Below are positions 40,501 to 50,240 of a stretch of DNA of 64,000 nucleotides, piece after piece. This stretch comes from a virus. The position numbers were made by a program, and so were the translations under genes. The stretch lies in the IMG/VR virus record IMGVR_UViG_3300019776_000194, positions 1-64,000 of that record; one strand, given 5' to 3'. The notes beneath the pieces are model-generated. The model worked only from the letters and a program-made list of their open reading frames with translations, was not told the DNA's origin and did not search any database. The stretch's first letter is position 1. Every line of letters begins with the position of its first letter.

Positions 40501-42994
40501 TTTTCTGCTTCTTGATTTCAGCATTAATCAAATCTTCTTGGATTACTTTATTTTTAGCAATGACAAGTTGTTTTGCTTTTTCTGCCTTCACCACACCATC
40601 TACAGCTTGCTTATACTCTAGTTGAAGTTTTGTATACTCTTTTTCGGATTGAGTTCGTTTATCATCAACGCCATATTTTTGAAGTTCCTCATATCTTTGC
40701 TTTAGTTCTTGTAAAGTGTTTGAGTACGCAACAGTAGAGTCTCTTAAAGATTTATATACATCGTCCCCTTTGTATTTGTCTTTTATTCCAGCAATAATTG
40801 TATTGTACTCCGATTGCAGTATTATAAGTTTTTTTACTCCGTTTTCTTCCCGATAATACTTTTCATCAATTGCCTTAATTTCTTCCTTCATTTGATTAGT
40901 TTTATCTAGAGACCACTTCTTTAAATCAAGAGCAAGATTTTTCTGCACTTCTGCATTTTCTACCATCATCTGAGTTCCAACACGTAGTCCATTTTGCTTA
41001 GCAGCTTCCTCTTGGATTTTGTTGTATTCAGAAGTAACTTTGGCTAGTCCAATCAATCCGTTCTTGTAGTTCTCAGACTCAGACCCTTCTCTTTTTAAAG
41101 TAGCTGCAACTTCTTGAGATTTACGAATTAGCGCATCATTAGCTTGTTCGAGTTTTGATAAGTCACTAAAATCACGAACTGTTTTTGGAATAGGTGATTC
41201 TTTAATTAGACCATTCTTCTTAGCTATGAGCATGTATTGTTGCTCTAATTCGGCTGTCTCTTGCTCCATTGACTTGACTAAAGCAGGAATTCCTTCTTTT
41301 TGTCTCTCAGCTAATTTAATAGCTTCTTCCTGTGACTCGTTGTATTTATCGTAAGCCCACTTACCAGCCATAATCACAGCAGCTAGTCCAGTCAGTACAA
41401 CTCCGAGAGGTGTTGAAGCTAGAGCAATTGCAGCCTTGGCAATACCGCCTATACCATCAGCTACTTTAATTAATACATTACTTTTTACTACTAATGAAAT
41501 TCCCTCGAATAAATTTGTCAAATATGATATCAAACCACCTGCTACCAGACCTCCAGCAACAATTGAGATAGTGCCTAAATTTTGAGCAACAAAATTAAAT
41601 GCTATACCTAATGTTCTGGCAATTTTTGGAACCATATCTTCTAAGTTCCTAAGAGATTTTACCATTTCTTTAGTAAAACCTTCTTCCTTTGCCATTTCCC
41701 CAACAGCTTTTTCCCAAGCATTTTTTAGTCGAGTCAAGGCACTGTCAAAGGTGATAGGTAGTGATTCAAAATCTTTTCTCATTTGAGGTAGAGCATTAGC
41801 TAAAGAACGTTGTAATAATTCTCCTGTAATTTTTCCCTCCGAACCCATCTTCTTCAATGTTTCAGTTGTGTTGGCTCCCCACTGTCCTGTCCTTCTTAAT
41901 TCAACTTCAATTGCCCTTAGAATGTTAGGAGAAGCTTCTGCTATAGAATTGAACTCGCCGCCATTCAACCTGCCAGCATTCATAGACTGTGAGAATTGCA
42001 ACATAGCAGAAGCTGCCTCTTGTCCTGTTGCACCAGATAACTTCAATGCAGTTCCTAGGGATTCTACCATATCTTTTGTATCTTTACTACTCTTACCCAT
42101 CATCATTAAAGGATGAGATAATCTTGTGTAAAGTTTAAGAGAATCTTCTAATGGAATTCTAATCTTCTGAGACAAGTCAAATAACTCTGATTGAGCTTTT
42201 ACTGCAGATTCCTGAGAGCCTGTAGCAATTTTTAACTTAGCTTCCATCATACTCCAAGCATCTGCTTGTTTTACAATACTGCTTACAAAATTAACACCTA
42301 CATAAGCTAAAGCTGCAGTAGCCATAGAGCGCAGAGTATTAACGTAAACATTTCCTCTGGTATTAACTTCTTCTAACAGTTTTTTCTTCTTGTCAAAAGC
42401 ATCATTCATCTTTAAAGCTTGCTCATGTGCTTTTACCATAGCTAACTGTTGATCTGTGACTCCTCTTGCATTTATTTTCAATGCGTTAGAAGAACTGTCA
42501 AGAGCCTTGATACGTTCTTTTTCAGCAGCTACAGCATCTTTAGTTCTCTGAATATGCATTTCATAATCACGCTTCTCCTGTATAGCTTTTTGTCTTGACA
42601 GCTCATCTGATAGTTTTTTCTCGGCAGAAATCCTAGCATTAACTGCTTCTAAGTAAGCTTCAGTATCTCGTTTCTGTTGCACAAGTTTCCGAGCATTTTC
42701 AGCCATAGCTAATTGCTTATTTATAGACACAGCTTCTCTGAATGATTCTACATACTGCTTTGTTGCAGCATTGTAGTTCATCATATCTAGTTTTTGCTCT
42801 TGAAGCTTGCGCTTCTTTTCTTCGTCAACAACTGCCTTAGTCGATACAGCGAGCTTCTGTTGGGCAATGACAAAAGCTTTAGTCTCAGCATCCACAGAGG
42901 AAGCTGCTTTGGCTAAATTGATAAGGTCTGTAGTAGCATCTTTAATACCTTGCGACTTTACTACGATTGATAATTCACTTGTTGTCATTGCCAT
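37514..42994 (-). CDS. tape measure protein
   Basis: 1826 aa helical; tape-measure domain AMLQFSQSMNAGRLNGGEFNSIAE; follows chaperone genes. Confidence 0.92.
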   Translation of the reverse strand: MAMTTSELSIVVKSQGIKDATTDLINLAKAASSVDAETKAFVIAQQKLAVSTKAVVDEEKKRKLQEQKLDMMNYNAATKQYVESFREAVSINKQLAMAENARKLVQQKRDTEAYLEAVNARISAEKKLSDELSRQKAIQEKRDYEMHIQRTKDAVAAEKERIKALDSSSNALKINARGVTDQQLAMVKAHEQALKMNDAFDKKKKLLEEVNTRGNVYVNTLRSMATAALAYVGVNFVSSIVKQADAWSMMEAKLKIATGSQESAVKAQSELFDLSQKIRIPLEDSLKLYTRLSHPLMMMGKSSKDTKDMVESLGTALKLSGATGQEAASAMLQFSQSMNAGRLNGGEFNSIAEASPNILRAIEVELRRTGQWGANTTETLKKMGSEGKITGELLQRSLANALPQMRKDFESLPITFDSALTRLKNAWEKAVGEMAKEEGFTKEMVKSLRNLEDMVPKIARTLGIAFNFVAQNLGTISIVAGGLVAGGLISYLTNLFEGISLVVKSNVLIKVADGIGGIAKAAIALASTPLGVVLTGLAAVIMAGKWAYDKYNESQEEAIKLAERQKEGIPALVKSMEQETAELEQQYMLIAKKNGLIKESPIPKTVRDFSDLSKLEQANDALIRKSQEVAATLKREGSESENYKNGLIGLAKVTSEYNKIQEEAAKQNGLRVGTQMMVENAEVQKNLALDLKKWSLDKTNQMKEEIKAIDEKYYREENGVKKLIILQSEYNTIIAGIKDKYKGDDVYKSLRDSTVAYSNTLQELKQRYEELQKYGVDDKRTQSEKEYTKLQLEYKQAVDGVVKAEKAKQLVIAKNKVIQEDLINAEIKKQKNFQENLDALTKEADATGKSAEQQEMLLEAYGKTEGELFRLKMVKEENKLTDMAQRGLNDELLTQQQKIVDNLKRESEARDELGARKNLKDLADKYESDYQAANKKIADGLYNAIGKSGESAVKKLIQDIKSWFARLVLSPIINPISNFGASIISPNAASAQGGIGNIAQLGSTLYNSITTGFAAASAASAEAFTSFATSAFGEAIGLSSSAAAMAAETAALTGSTIGAGATTGLTAAGSMGASVASMAPYVAAAVAAFQGVKAINGGFRIGGLSADAGALLGVLPRLIGMEDKKFAPQTVTGNLGTNNLTRNQAWTQEGGLLRSDRADTWKYLLSNSTATTSDGKSYVDNPNLEADKALLNQLNSMYTAIKVTTSEYAKALGMNADSIKSRTDAINFTFGKTAEETSANVAKAFEEITNSIAKDLLGNLKELALQNESSAATMGRLATNITVTNGMFKALGYTLFDLNTAGIKASDAIVTLFGGLDKFQATAGSYYENFYKEEEKTKVKVDAVAKAMKDLGKEMPTSREAFRAMVETAQKAGNNELFVGLMKVSSAFAEVVQWAEKAAEATTAVVEKMDYTNTDQMFPDWTTLRDNLKETINDLSQTAQKWLSVSKQASDIRAQINTVLWGSEATREAAVKKSEKLWKMMASDITVEQKLSIAGELKDSIISKYQIERDSITKMIDFTKQLRTYVDGLKLGSLSPLTMTQKLAEARKQYEATLTKAQAGDTIAQGALTGSANTYLELARTAYASSDAYQAIFNSITNSLDAMNIDSRSAEEKLVAINEAQKQELIKLVIQMNTIESVAESYYTTTVNTMSSQLTVLNNLYTKMGVFDGIAVDVAGLPAELAAALSGTFGRASGADYVTALYSKFANKTGNQIDAEGMAYWTREFEIYGREYVLKSFQDSVEKVNAKAASMAPPPAATTTASNEYKLQVEDLKNEIAMMRQDAQAQTVALMNTLIETSRTNAETIVEGTQEGLDKNNPNWNKVTME

Positions 42995-43006
42995 ATTAGG
43001 CTTCCT

Positions 43007-43848
43007 TTATCTACTTTGTTTTGCAGCCTCAATTGAAGCCCTAAATTTACTTGCTACTGATTTTCTACGTTCTACAGTCATATCTATTTCAGAGTACGGA
43101 GCGGGTCTGCCCATATCTGTTCCTGCATGAACCTCTGAGACGTAAGCACAACTCATCTCGTACAACATATTTGCTTCCCAAGGAGTTAATCGCTTATCAG
43201 CAATCTCATTCCATGAATATAATTCTTGCCACGTTATCGGAGTAGCCCCATTCATACCCTGCCCACAAAGCCCCATCTCATAAAACAAAAGGACTAGAAA
43301 CTCGGCTGTGCATTGCGGCAAAGAGAGTTCTAGTCCTAATTCTTGTTCTAACAGTTTTGCAGCTCTAGTCTTCTTTTCTTTCTCTGGTACGCTGTGATAC
43401 CATCCTAATTGTTTTGCAAAGAGTAGAAGCTCTTCAGACAGGGTTAGAAGAAATTTGCGTTATCTTCCAGAGCTGATTCAGCAAATTCTAACAACCAATG
43501 GTACTCTGGATTGCCGTATAATTCTTCCAGTGCTGCTGTGTTATCATACTTGCTACCATCATCTGCTTCGAGATGTTCAATCTTAGCTGTCATAGCTGCG
43601 ATGAACTTTACACGGTCTGCCAACAATTGCTTGCCAGTGGTTTTAGATTTTACTTTTGCTTGCTGTTTTGCAATGAAGCTATCTGTCTGTGCTTCAGTGA
43701 AATCACGATATTGCTTAGAGGCTTTACCGTAGATGTGAAGAGTGACTTTATTACCTTTATCATCTACTAATTCACCTACGGATGGATGCAATACAGTAAC
43801 TGCGACAGCAGATGTTTTAGCTTTGAGGCTTGAGAGTTTAAATGACAT
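43007..43848 (-). CDS. tail assembly chaperone G-T fusion via -1 frameshift
   Basis: Slippery A AAT TTC at 43456-43450; the -1 frame is open and joins ORF 43007..43321. Confidence 0.75.
43444..43848 (-). CDS. tail assembly chaperone (gpG-like)
   Basis: Between tail tube and TMP; ends ...NANFF. Confidence 0.8.
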   Translation of the reverse strand: MSFKLSSLKAKTSAVAVTVLHPSVGELVDDKGNKVTLHIYGKASKQYRDFTEAQTDSFIAKQQAKVKSKTTGKQLLADRVKFIAAMTAKIEHLEADDGSKYDNTAALEELYGNPEYHWLLEFAESALEDNANFF

Positions 43849-43893
43849 GTTATTTATATCCTTATAGTTTGAGAGAATTTTAATTTATGTTGT

Positions 43894-43921
43894 AAGAGGG
43901 GAATCTATGTTCCCCTTCTTG
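43894..43921 (-). terminator. hairpin/terminator after major tail gene
   Basis: AAGAGGGGAA/TTCCCCTTCTT inverted repeat. Confidence 0.5.
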
Positions 43922-43931
43922 TTGCTAGTTA

Positions 43932-44384
43932 TTAAACAGGTACTTCAACGATCACAGAAGTAATCTCGTAGTTTGCACTACCAGCTACAACGTTATCAAT
44001 CGTACCAATTTTCTTAACGAATGATGTAAACAAGCACATGAAGTATGTTACAGCACCATCTTGTTCTTCTACTTTAACTGCAAATGGCAAGTCTGATACA
44101 GAAGCTGCTTTAACGAGAATCTGACCTGCATCAGAAGCTTTAGAAGCAAACTCGTAAGAGCCTGAACCATTGTTAATACTACCTTTAAATTTCTTAATAA
44201 CACGATTGCTCAATGGGCTATGGTTAATAACGTTAACTGTTGCACCAAAGTCACCTACGTTAGTGATTTCACCAACTTCAACGTATGTTTTAGCTGCAAA
44301 ACCAGCTTGGTCAAATGTTGCTGGATCACCACCTACTGTTGCAATAGAGAGCTTCGTACCTGCTGCGCTGTGAATTTCTGACAT
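43932..44384 (-). CDS. major tail tube protein
   Basis: AGTKLSI, VGEITNVGDFG, KFKGSxNxG, DAGQ motifs typical of siphovirus tubes. Confidence 0.8.
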   Translation of the reverse strand: MSEIHSAAGTKLSIATVGGDPATFDQAGFAAKTYVEVGEITNVGDFGATVNVINHSPLSNRVIKKFKGSINNGSGSYEFASKASDAGQILVKAASVSDLPFAVKVEEQDGAVTYFMCLFTSFVKKIGTIDNVVAGSANYEITSVIVEVPV

Positions 44385-44404
44385 GTTGTTTCCTTTTAAT
44401 TATA

Positions 44405-44764
44405 TTAAGCGTATACTGTGATTTTTAATGTTGCTGCGCCTGAAAGGGTAACAACGCCTGTTGTGCCTGCTAAATAAGCTTTAATCTTATCTAAGTTGAT
44501 AATTTTCTTTGCACCTGCTGCGATAGTCACGTTGTAGCCTGCTGACAAGTCAATCGTAGTAGAGGTATTCGGTACAGGGTATGTTGCTGATGGAGACGTA
44601 CCTTTGATGTTCAATGTCAAACTACCGCCTGTAGTATTATCCATCTCTACCAATTGACCACTACCCGCAACGTATGTTAATGTGTCAGAAGCAGATGCTG
44701 TATTGACAGTAGCTGTTGCCACACCTGTTGCACTTTGTAACACTGTGCTTGTTAATGCTGCCAT
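44405..44764 (-). CDS. putative virion structural protein
   Basis: Thr/Ala-rich; strong AAAGGAAA RBS; structural module. Confidence 0.6.
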   Translation of the reverse strand: MAALTSTVLQSATGVATATVNTASASDTLTYVAGSGQLVEMDNTTGGSLTLNIKGTSPSATYPVPNTSTTIDLSAGYNVTIAAGAKKIINLDKIKAYLAGTTGVVTLSGAATLKITVYA

Positions 44765-44827
44765 TTTATTTCCTTTATTAAATTTGCCTTACGGCTAGAT
44801 AAAGCCCTTGAGGGGCAAATTTTGCTG

Positions 44828-45229
44828 CTAATAATTTTCTTGCCTGTATCTGAAGCGTACAGGTGTTACGAGCCACTGTGCTTCATAAAGTGTGTTCATA
44901 ATGCTACCTGTTTGTTCTATAGAGACTGTTCCAGTCTTGGGAACGACAGGGAAGAGGTCTATGAGAGCTTGTGCGAGTTCTTCTGACTTCTTTGTACCAA
45001 CACCTTCTTTTGTGTATATGTTAAACTGTATCAATCCTGTCAGAGTTTTTCTTGCTGCGCTTACAGTTTGGTTGACAGTTGTAGCAGGAATGATGTATAG
45101 TTCTATGAATGTTGTGTCAGGTTTTGTGAAAGCTACATTCTCGTAAGCAATTGGAATTGCAGGAGATTGAGCTGCTGCCCAAGCTTTCACTTTAGCTTCT
45201 ACTTCTAAGCGTATTGTTCTTTGTGTCAT
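44828..45229 (-). CDS. tail terminator-like protein
   Basis: IAYENVAF.KP, G..Q.NIY...GxG pattern and position. Confidence 0.7.
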   Translation of the reverse strand: MTQRTIRLEVEAKVKAWAAAQSPAIPIAYENVAFTKPDTTFIELYIIPATTVNQTVSAARKTLTGLIQFNIYTKEGVGTKKSEELAQALIDLFPVVPKTGTVSIEQTGSIMNTLYEAQWLVTPVRFRYRQENY

Positions 45230-45231
45230 GT

Positions 45232-45729
45232 TTAGCCTATCTTAGCCTTGATCTTAGCAATACTTGTGTCTATCATTGCATATGGCTTGCTGTGAGAACC
45301 GTTCCAATAAGACCAATCACCATAACCCTCAATAACAACAGCCTCACCCTTAGGATACCCTATAGAATCTACACGATAAGCATACGGCACATTATTTGTT
45401 AGTGATAGATATCCATCTTTGGCAACAAATGTCTTAGCTGATTTCATTGCCTCAATTCTTGTTATGCTGTCACCACCGTTGTCAGATTTATCAGAAGTCT
45501 CTTCTTGAGAGATTTTATTCTCTGCAGGATACCATTGATTTGCTAACAAACCATCTGTGTATTCAGGACTGCTAGGAGAAGCTCCTCTAGTTTGTCCTTT
45601 CCAAGAAGGACTTGGTGTGAGGTGAACAACAGACAATGAAGTTTCTACAAACACATCGACTATCTTATCATTAACTTCCTGTTGAAGCTCTTTGATGTTT
45701 GCTTTAATGCTGTCTGCAAAGCTTCCCAT
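45232..45729 (-). CDS. neck/tail completion protein (HK97 gp10-like)
   Basis: GLLANQW, LTNNVPYA motifs and position. Confidence 0.65.
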   Translation of the reverse strand: MGSFADSIKANIKELQQEVNDKIVDVFVETSLSVVHLTPSPSWKGQTRGASPSSPEYTDGLLANQWYPAENKISQEETSDKSDNGGDSITRIEAMKSAKTFVAKDGYLSLTNNVPYAYRVDSIGYPKGEAVVIEGYGDWSYWNGSHSKPYAMIDTSIAKIKAKIG

Positions 45730-45743
45730 TTGTTTGTCCTATG

Positions 45744-45772
45744 ATTATACTATGATAGTGGTTAAAAGTCAA
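45744..45772 (-). promoter_or_regulatory. sigma70-like promoter
   Basis: Minus strand TTGACT-17-TATAAT. Confidence 0.75.
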
Positions 45773-45779
45773 TAGCTGC

Positions 45780-46058
45780 CTATCGTTGCTTGCAAAATAA
45801 AAATATAGTTCTAGAATCTTTTCTTCCAACAGATGTGGTAATTGAATTTATTAGTTTATACCTAGACTTATCAATCCCGCCTTCTACTAAAATAGAAGTA
45901 ATTGTCCCTGAGTTCTGAGGAGAGGAAGCTGATAAACTCCCCACATCCCATGTACTCTCTACAATTGTTTCACCGTCCTCAAGCCAACCTTCTATCTGCC
46001 AGTTAAGCCCATAATCTAGCTTTGCTCCAACAGAATGTTCAAACTCTTTATCCATCAT
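45780..46058 (-). CDS. putative virion adaptor protein
   Basis: LDYxxxW..WL..GETI..S.W...ITTSxGRxDSRT pattern common in phage structural modules. Confidence 0.6.
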   Translation of the reverse strand: MMDKEFEHSVGAKLDYGLNWQIEGWLEDGETIVESTWDVGSLSASSPQNSGTITSILVEGGIDKSRYKLINSITTSVGRKDSRTIFLFCKQR

Positions 46059-47119
46059 TTCACCCTTAATATTCTAATTTCTTTTTTAACATTATCTATC
46101 CTGTTTTCAGCAGTTACGTTAGAGAATCTATTTTGTCTCTTAACATTCAATGTTCTTAGAACATCAAGTACATAAGTGATTGGGGTTTCTACAGTTGCAT
46201 CAGCTACCAACGTATCAGTATCTTCAGAAGCATTTAAAGATGCACCAATACTAGAAGAAACTTCAGAAATACAAGTGTCTCCATCATCGTACACATTAGC
46301 ATTAGCAGCTACAACATTCATAGCATATGATGCTAATGTGTCTGCAACTTCTCCAACTGCAAACGATGCTTGAATTAATGTCGCAGCAGAGGACGTTACA
46401 CTGTCACTGCTTTCTGTTATATTTGCACTACCAGATATGGGTGCGAATCCTGCAGTGGCTGAAATAGTGTCAGCAAGCTCTTGAGCATTTGCTGTGGCAA
46501 CTATTGCAACAGTACCTCCACTTACAACAGAATCAGAAGCTTCAGTTCTGGATACATTTCCAGAAATAGCCACCGTACCAGCAGACGTTACAGTTGTAGC
46601 AGACTCTGTTATTGATGCTGCACAAGAAACTAAAACTCCACCACTACTTGTTGCGCTTGTTGCGTCTTCTGTCATCGAAGAACTTGCAACAATGGCTACA
46701 GTGGAGCTACTTGAAACATTGTCAGCAGATTCTGTGATGTTAGCGTCTCCAGTTATAGGAGTGCTACCAACCGATCCACTACTTGTAACAGTATCTGATC
46801 CTTCTGTAGTACTTGAAGTGCCGACAACAGCCACACTAGAAGTAGAAGACAAGCTTGTAGCTGATTCAGTTATTGTAGCTGTTCCAGATATACTAACAAC
46901 TGTTGCGTTAGTTAGCGAGTCTGCCGATTCAGAAATACTTGCATTACCTGAGACATTCACACTGGAAGTGTTTACAAGAACATCAGCACTCTCTGTTATG
47001 TTCGCAGAAGAGCTTACAGAAATACCGGAGCTTGATGTCAGATTGTCTGGAGACTCTGGGATATTTGCATTAGCAGATATCCCAGAGCCGCTATCTAATA
47101 GAGCTAGTAATAACGACAT
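46055..47119 (-). CDS. repetitive Ser/Ala/Thr-rich virion protein
   Basis: Tandem ~19-aa ANITESAD-like repeats. Confidence 0.7.
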   Translation of the reverse strand: MSLLLALLDSGSGISANANIPESPDNLTSSSGISVSSSANITESADVLVNTSSVNVSGNASISESADSLTNATVVSISGTATITESATSLSSTSSVAVVGTSSTTEGSDTVTSSGSVGSTPITGDANITESADNVSSSSTVAIVASSSMTEDATSATSSGGVLVSCAASITESATTVTSAGTVAISGNVSRTEASDSVVSGGTVAIVATANAQELADTISATAGFAPISGSANITESSDSVTSSAATLIQASFAVGEVADTLASYAMNVVAANANVYDDGDTCISEVSSSIGASLNASEDTDTLVADATVETPITYVLDVLRTLNVKRQNRFSNVTAENRIDNVKKEIRILRVK

Positions 47120-47136
47120 CTAAAGCTCCTATTAAA

Positions 47137-48609
47137 TTACTCCCAACCGTACACAAACGTTACCGTATGAGCGATTGTTCCCGATGTACCAACTGTCCCA
47201 ACGTGCTTTGTTACCAATTGAATAAACTCGCCTGCATTGACAAAGATAGGTGCATCACCTAGGTCACAGAATGTTGTGGCTTGTTGCACTGCTGTACTGA
47301 CTGCTTGGTTAGCTGTCACTACTTGAGTGAAAGGAAGTGCAATACGCCTTGGTGCTTTTGCTGCGACACCTTCTACTGTTGCTAAAGAAACGTTTGTATG
47401 CCCCCAAGCTAAAGAGTATTGAGCGATATATGGAGCACCAACAATTACTGTTTGTACATAACTTGTCAGATACAGCCCACGCACTATAAGTCTACGAGAA
47501 GTACCATTTAGTGTAATAGAAGGAACTTGATACGAACAAATAATACCGTCTGTATTCACTGCAAGAGATACTGTCTCCCAGAATTGTCCTCCTAAACCAG
47601 AACCTAAAGCCGCTGTGGTATTTGTTGGAACTGCTGCTGTTGGGTTGGCACTATTAGCATAGTTTGCCAAGCTACCCATTGTACCACCAGACTGACCTTG
47701 ATAACCACCGTAAATTCTATTGCCTTGTGTGGACAATGTTGTGGAAACATTAGAGCCACCTAGACGTACATTGTAAGACCCTAGTTGTGCTTGTAATACA
47801 GACCCTGCACCACCACCTGTAATTCTGTGCTTAAAGCCAAACTGCACACCAGTTGCCATTACGAGACGACCTTGACCTAAAGGCAGGGGTATGCTGCCTA
47901 ATAATTGAGTAGAGATACCGTCATTAACCCAGAAGTATGCTGCCACACCACCTAAGTAACAAATAAACTGATACTTTTTATTATTCGTATAAGTCCAAGT
48001 ACCAGCACCATCTGCTAACGGAAACACTCCTGTCAAAGTTTCAGTTCCGCTATTAGACAATACACCCATTAGTCCTGCTGAGGTAAGCCTAAAGAAGCAT
48101 CCATCTGTAGGTGCTGCAGTAGTTGAAGATGATTGCATTAACCCAAATTCTACAAAAGTGTTGGCACTAGGTTGAGCACTAAAACCAACAGTCATATCAG
48201 CACTCAATGTCTGAGTTCCTGTGTTCGGGAACGTAGCATAAGTTAGCAGTTGTACGCCTGTAGTTGTTGTGGTGATACTAGCAGAGTTCGTAGTAAACTG
48301 CCCTGCTGTCCACGTACTAGCCATTGTAGTGACGTTATGAGAATGCTTACCTGTGTTTTGTGCTGTGTAGTTAAATACTTCTTCGTCAAGAATCAAGTCT
48401 TGAGATACTCGAAGACGGAAATCTGTGTCCACTTCAGAAGAATACAACCAAGGAGTACCTGTTATATCTCCAGTGTCATTCTCATTAAACTGCCTCTGTC
48501 CACCCATATACAACGGATCAAGAGATGATGTGGTTTTTAAGTGCCCACCAGCATCTACTTCAGCTCCGTTGTTGCTTGTGCTGCCAAAAATTTTGCTATC
48601 CAGCGCCAT
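47137..48609 (-). CDS. putative virion appendage protein
   Basis: 490 aa, beta/Thr/Gly-rich, structural module. Confidence 0.6.
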   Translation of the reverse strand: MALDSKIFGSTSNNGAEVDAGGHLKTTSSLDPLYMGGQRQFNENDTGDITGTPWLYSSEVDTDFRLRVSQDLILDEEVFNYTAQNTGKHSHNVTTMASTWTAGQFTTNSASITTTTTGVQLLTYATFPNTGTQTLSADMTVGFSAQPSANTFVEFGLMQSSSTTAAPTDGCFFRLTSAGLMGVLSNSGTETLTGVFPLADGAGTWTYTNNKKYQFICYLGGVAAYFWVNDGISTQLLGSIPLPLGQGRLVMATGVQFGFKHRITGGGAGSVLQAQLGSYNVRLGGSNVSTTLSTQGNRIYGGYQGQSGGTMGSLANYANSANPTAAVPTNTTAALGSGLGGQFWETVSLAVNTDGIICSYQVPSITLNGTSRRLIVRGLYLTSYVQTVIVGAPYIAQYSLAWGHTNVSLATVEGVAAKAPRRIALPFTQVVTANQAVSTAVQQATTFCDLGDAPIFVNAGEFIQLVTKHVGTVGTSGTIAHTVTFVYGWE

Positions 48610-48624
48610 ATTTATTCCTTTTAA

Positions 48625-48915
48625 TTAAGCCCACACCCACCGAACTTTTACCTTGCCAGTAATCTTCTCTGTGGACGTACCATATATTGTAAAACCAACA
48701 CCGTCAGTAGGTACTCCACAAGTTATACTCGTAAAGACTGCTATATAGGCTTGATCGTTTGCTGTGTGATTTGTGGAATCTTCTCTCATTATCCAAGCCT
48801 CAGCAGCACTTGTAGAGAGGATGGCAGATTGACCTGTTACAGCAACAGAAGCTTCATTTGCTCCGTTACTACCAAGTACTCCAAAATCCAGTTCTGCATT
48901 TCCAGTAGCTGACAT
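48625..48915 (-). CDS. putative virion protein
   Basis: Structural module; beta-rich. Confidence 0.6.
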   Translation of the reverse strand: MSATGNAELDFGVLGSNGANEASVAVTGQSAILSTSAAEAWIMREDSTNHTANDQAYIAVFTSITCGVPTDGVGFTIYGTSTEKITGKVKVRWVWA

Positions 48916-48925
48916 AGTTTACCTA

Positions 48926-49324
48926 TCAGGTGTTGGCTGAGTTCAGTGTAAAGGAATTTACTGTAACTACCTGAGATGTTGCGATTGAACTATTATCTAA
49001 GATGAGGTCTGTACCAGACATACCTGCAGTACCTTGTAACCCTGTTGTGCTTCCAGCGCTATCTACGATACGGAAGTAGCCTGCGGTTCCGGTTCCAGAC
49101 GCAGTTCCCGACCAAGTTCCAGATTTAGCTTTAGAAGCACTAGAAGCTGCTGCCATCCAATCTGAAGGGAGTGCCATTTCTACTAGCAAAGTCCCTGTAG
49201 CCGCTGCTGCACAGTTAGCAGGAGCACTACCAGTATAGATACGAAGCTTTGCAGATGTGCTGATTGTAGTTTCGATTGCGTCAAGACGCGCATTGTTTAC
49301 AGCGATAGAATATTGTAAAGCCAT
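48926..49324 (-). CDS. putative virion protein
   Basis: NARLDAI...LRIYTGSAPA...GTAGYFRI pattern, structural module. Confidence 0.65.
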   Translation of the reverse strand: MALQYSIAVNNARLDAIETTISTSAKLRIYTGSAPANCAAAATGTLLVEMALPSDWMAAASSASKAKSGTWSGTASGTGTAGYFRIVDSAGSTTGLQGTAGMSGTDLILDNSSIATSQVVTVNSFTLNSANT

Positions 49325-49326
49325 TA

Positions 49327-49743
49327 TTATTTCCTAAGATGAAATTCAAATAAAAAATCATTCCCATTCACACCACTAGGATTGACTGTCTTTAGTGCAA
49401 AGATTTTCCACTCTACACCGTCTATTGTTATTGTGTCACGGTTAGCTTTAATCACAGGAGGTGTTGCATCAGGGTCTGTTTGATTGACAGGACGCATCAT
49501 ACAATATTTATCACCGTCACCAATCATCGTATTGAACTTAGAAGATAGGCCAGCATTACTCTGTGGGAAATCGAACATCCCTTGTTCTACTTGGTACGTA
49601 GTTTTTGTTCTTACCACTTCACCGTCAACGTATTCGTCAGTGTCTGAGTAGATATTCAATACACCAACACCACTGAAAGCACCTAGCATATCTCGTACCA
49701 CATTATGAAATAAATTTAAGTTTATTCTCATACAGGAATCCAT
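49327..49743 (-). CDS. head closure/head-tail joining protein
   Basis: Position; GDK, D.I.IDGVEW.I...VNPSG pattern. Confidence 0.6.
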   Translation of the reverse strand: MDSCMRINLNLFHNVVRDMLGAFSGVGVLNIYSDTDEYVDGEVVRTKTTYQVEQGMFDFPQSNAGLSSKFNTMIGDGDKYCMMRPVNQTDPDATPPVIKANRDTITIDGVEWKIFALKTVNPSGVNGNDFLFEFHLRK

Positions 49744-50162
49744 GCATCTGTTTTAGCAGCATTGTCAAGTTCCATCTGTTCACTTTGAGTTCCTGCAACA
49801 AAACCCTCATACCAGTCGTCTTGAAATTGCACAAGAGGGTGCGTTGTGTTATTGCTTGCAGAGTATGGGATTGGACAGGTTTGAGAGATGCTTGGGTTGA
49901 GAACTACTTTCGTTAAGAACGTCATGTAGTTGTTAAAAGCTTCGCTCCCCCAGATTTCTATATTAACAAGGCGTTGATGAGTGTTCTGTGATAGTAGAGC
50001 TAAAATGTACTGAGCACATGTTGCTGTAGCTCGTGATAAGCTGTTGTTGCAGTCTGTATAAGTAGTTTCATATACAGAATCAGAAAGCATTGGCAAATCA
50101 GAGGTGTCACCACAACGCAATCTTAGCTTTCCGACAACTGTGGTTGGATCAATTATTGCCAT
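49728..50162 (-). CDS. head-tail adaptor/head completion protein
   Basis: LRLRCGD...LSD pattern, directly after capsid. Confidence 0.65.
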   Translation of the reverse strand: MAIIDPTTVVGKLRLRCGDTSDLPMLSDSVYETTYTDCNNSLSRATATCAQYILALLSQNTHQRLVNIEIWGSEAFNNYMTFLTKVVLNPSISQTCPIPYSASNNTTHPLVQFQDDWYEGFVAGTQSEQMELDNAAKTDAWIPV

Positions 50163-50192
50163 TTGTTTTCCTTTAGATTAGTTTACTAACTG

Positions 50193-50224
50193 AAATACCC
50201 TCCCATTTCTGAGAAGGTATTTTA
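50193..50224 (-). terminator. hairpin after major capsid gene
   Basis: AAATACC/GGTATTT inverted repeat. Confidence 0.5.
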
Positions 50225-50240
50225 TTAGTAGACTAAGTTA

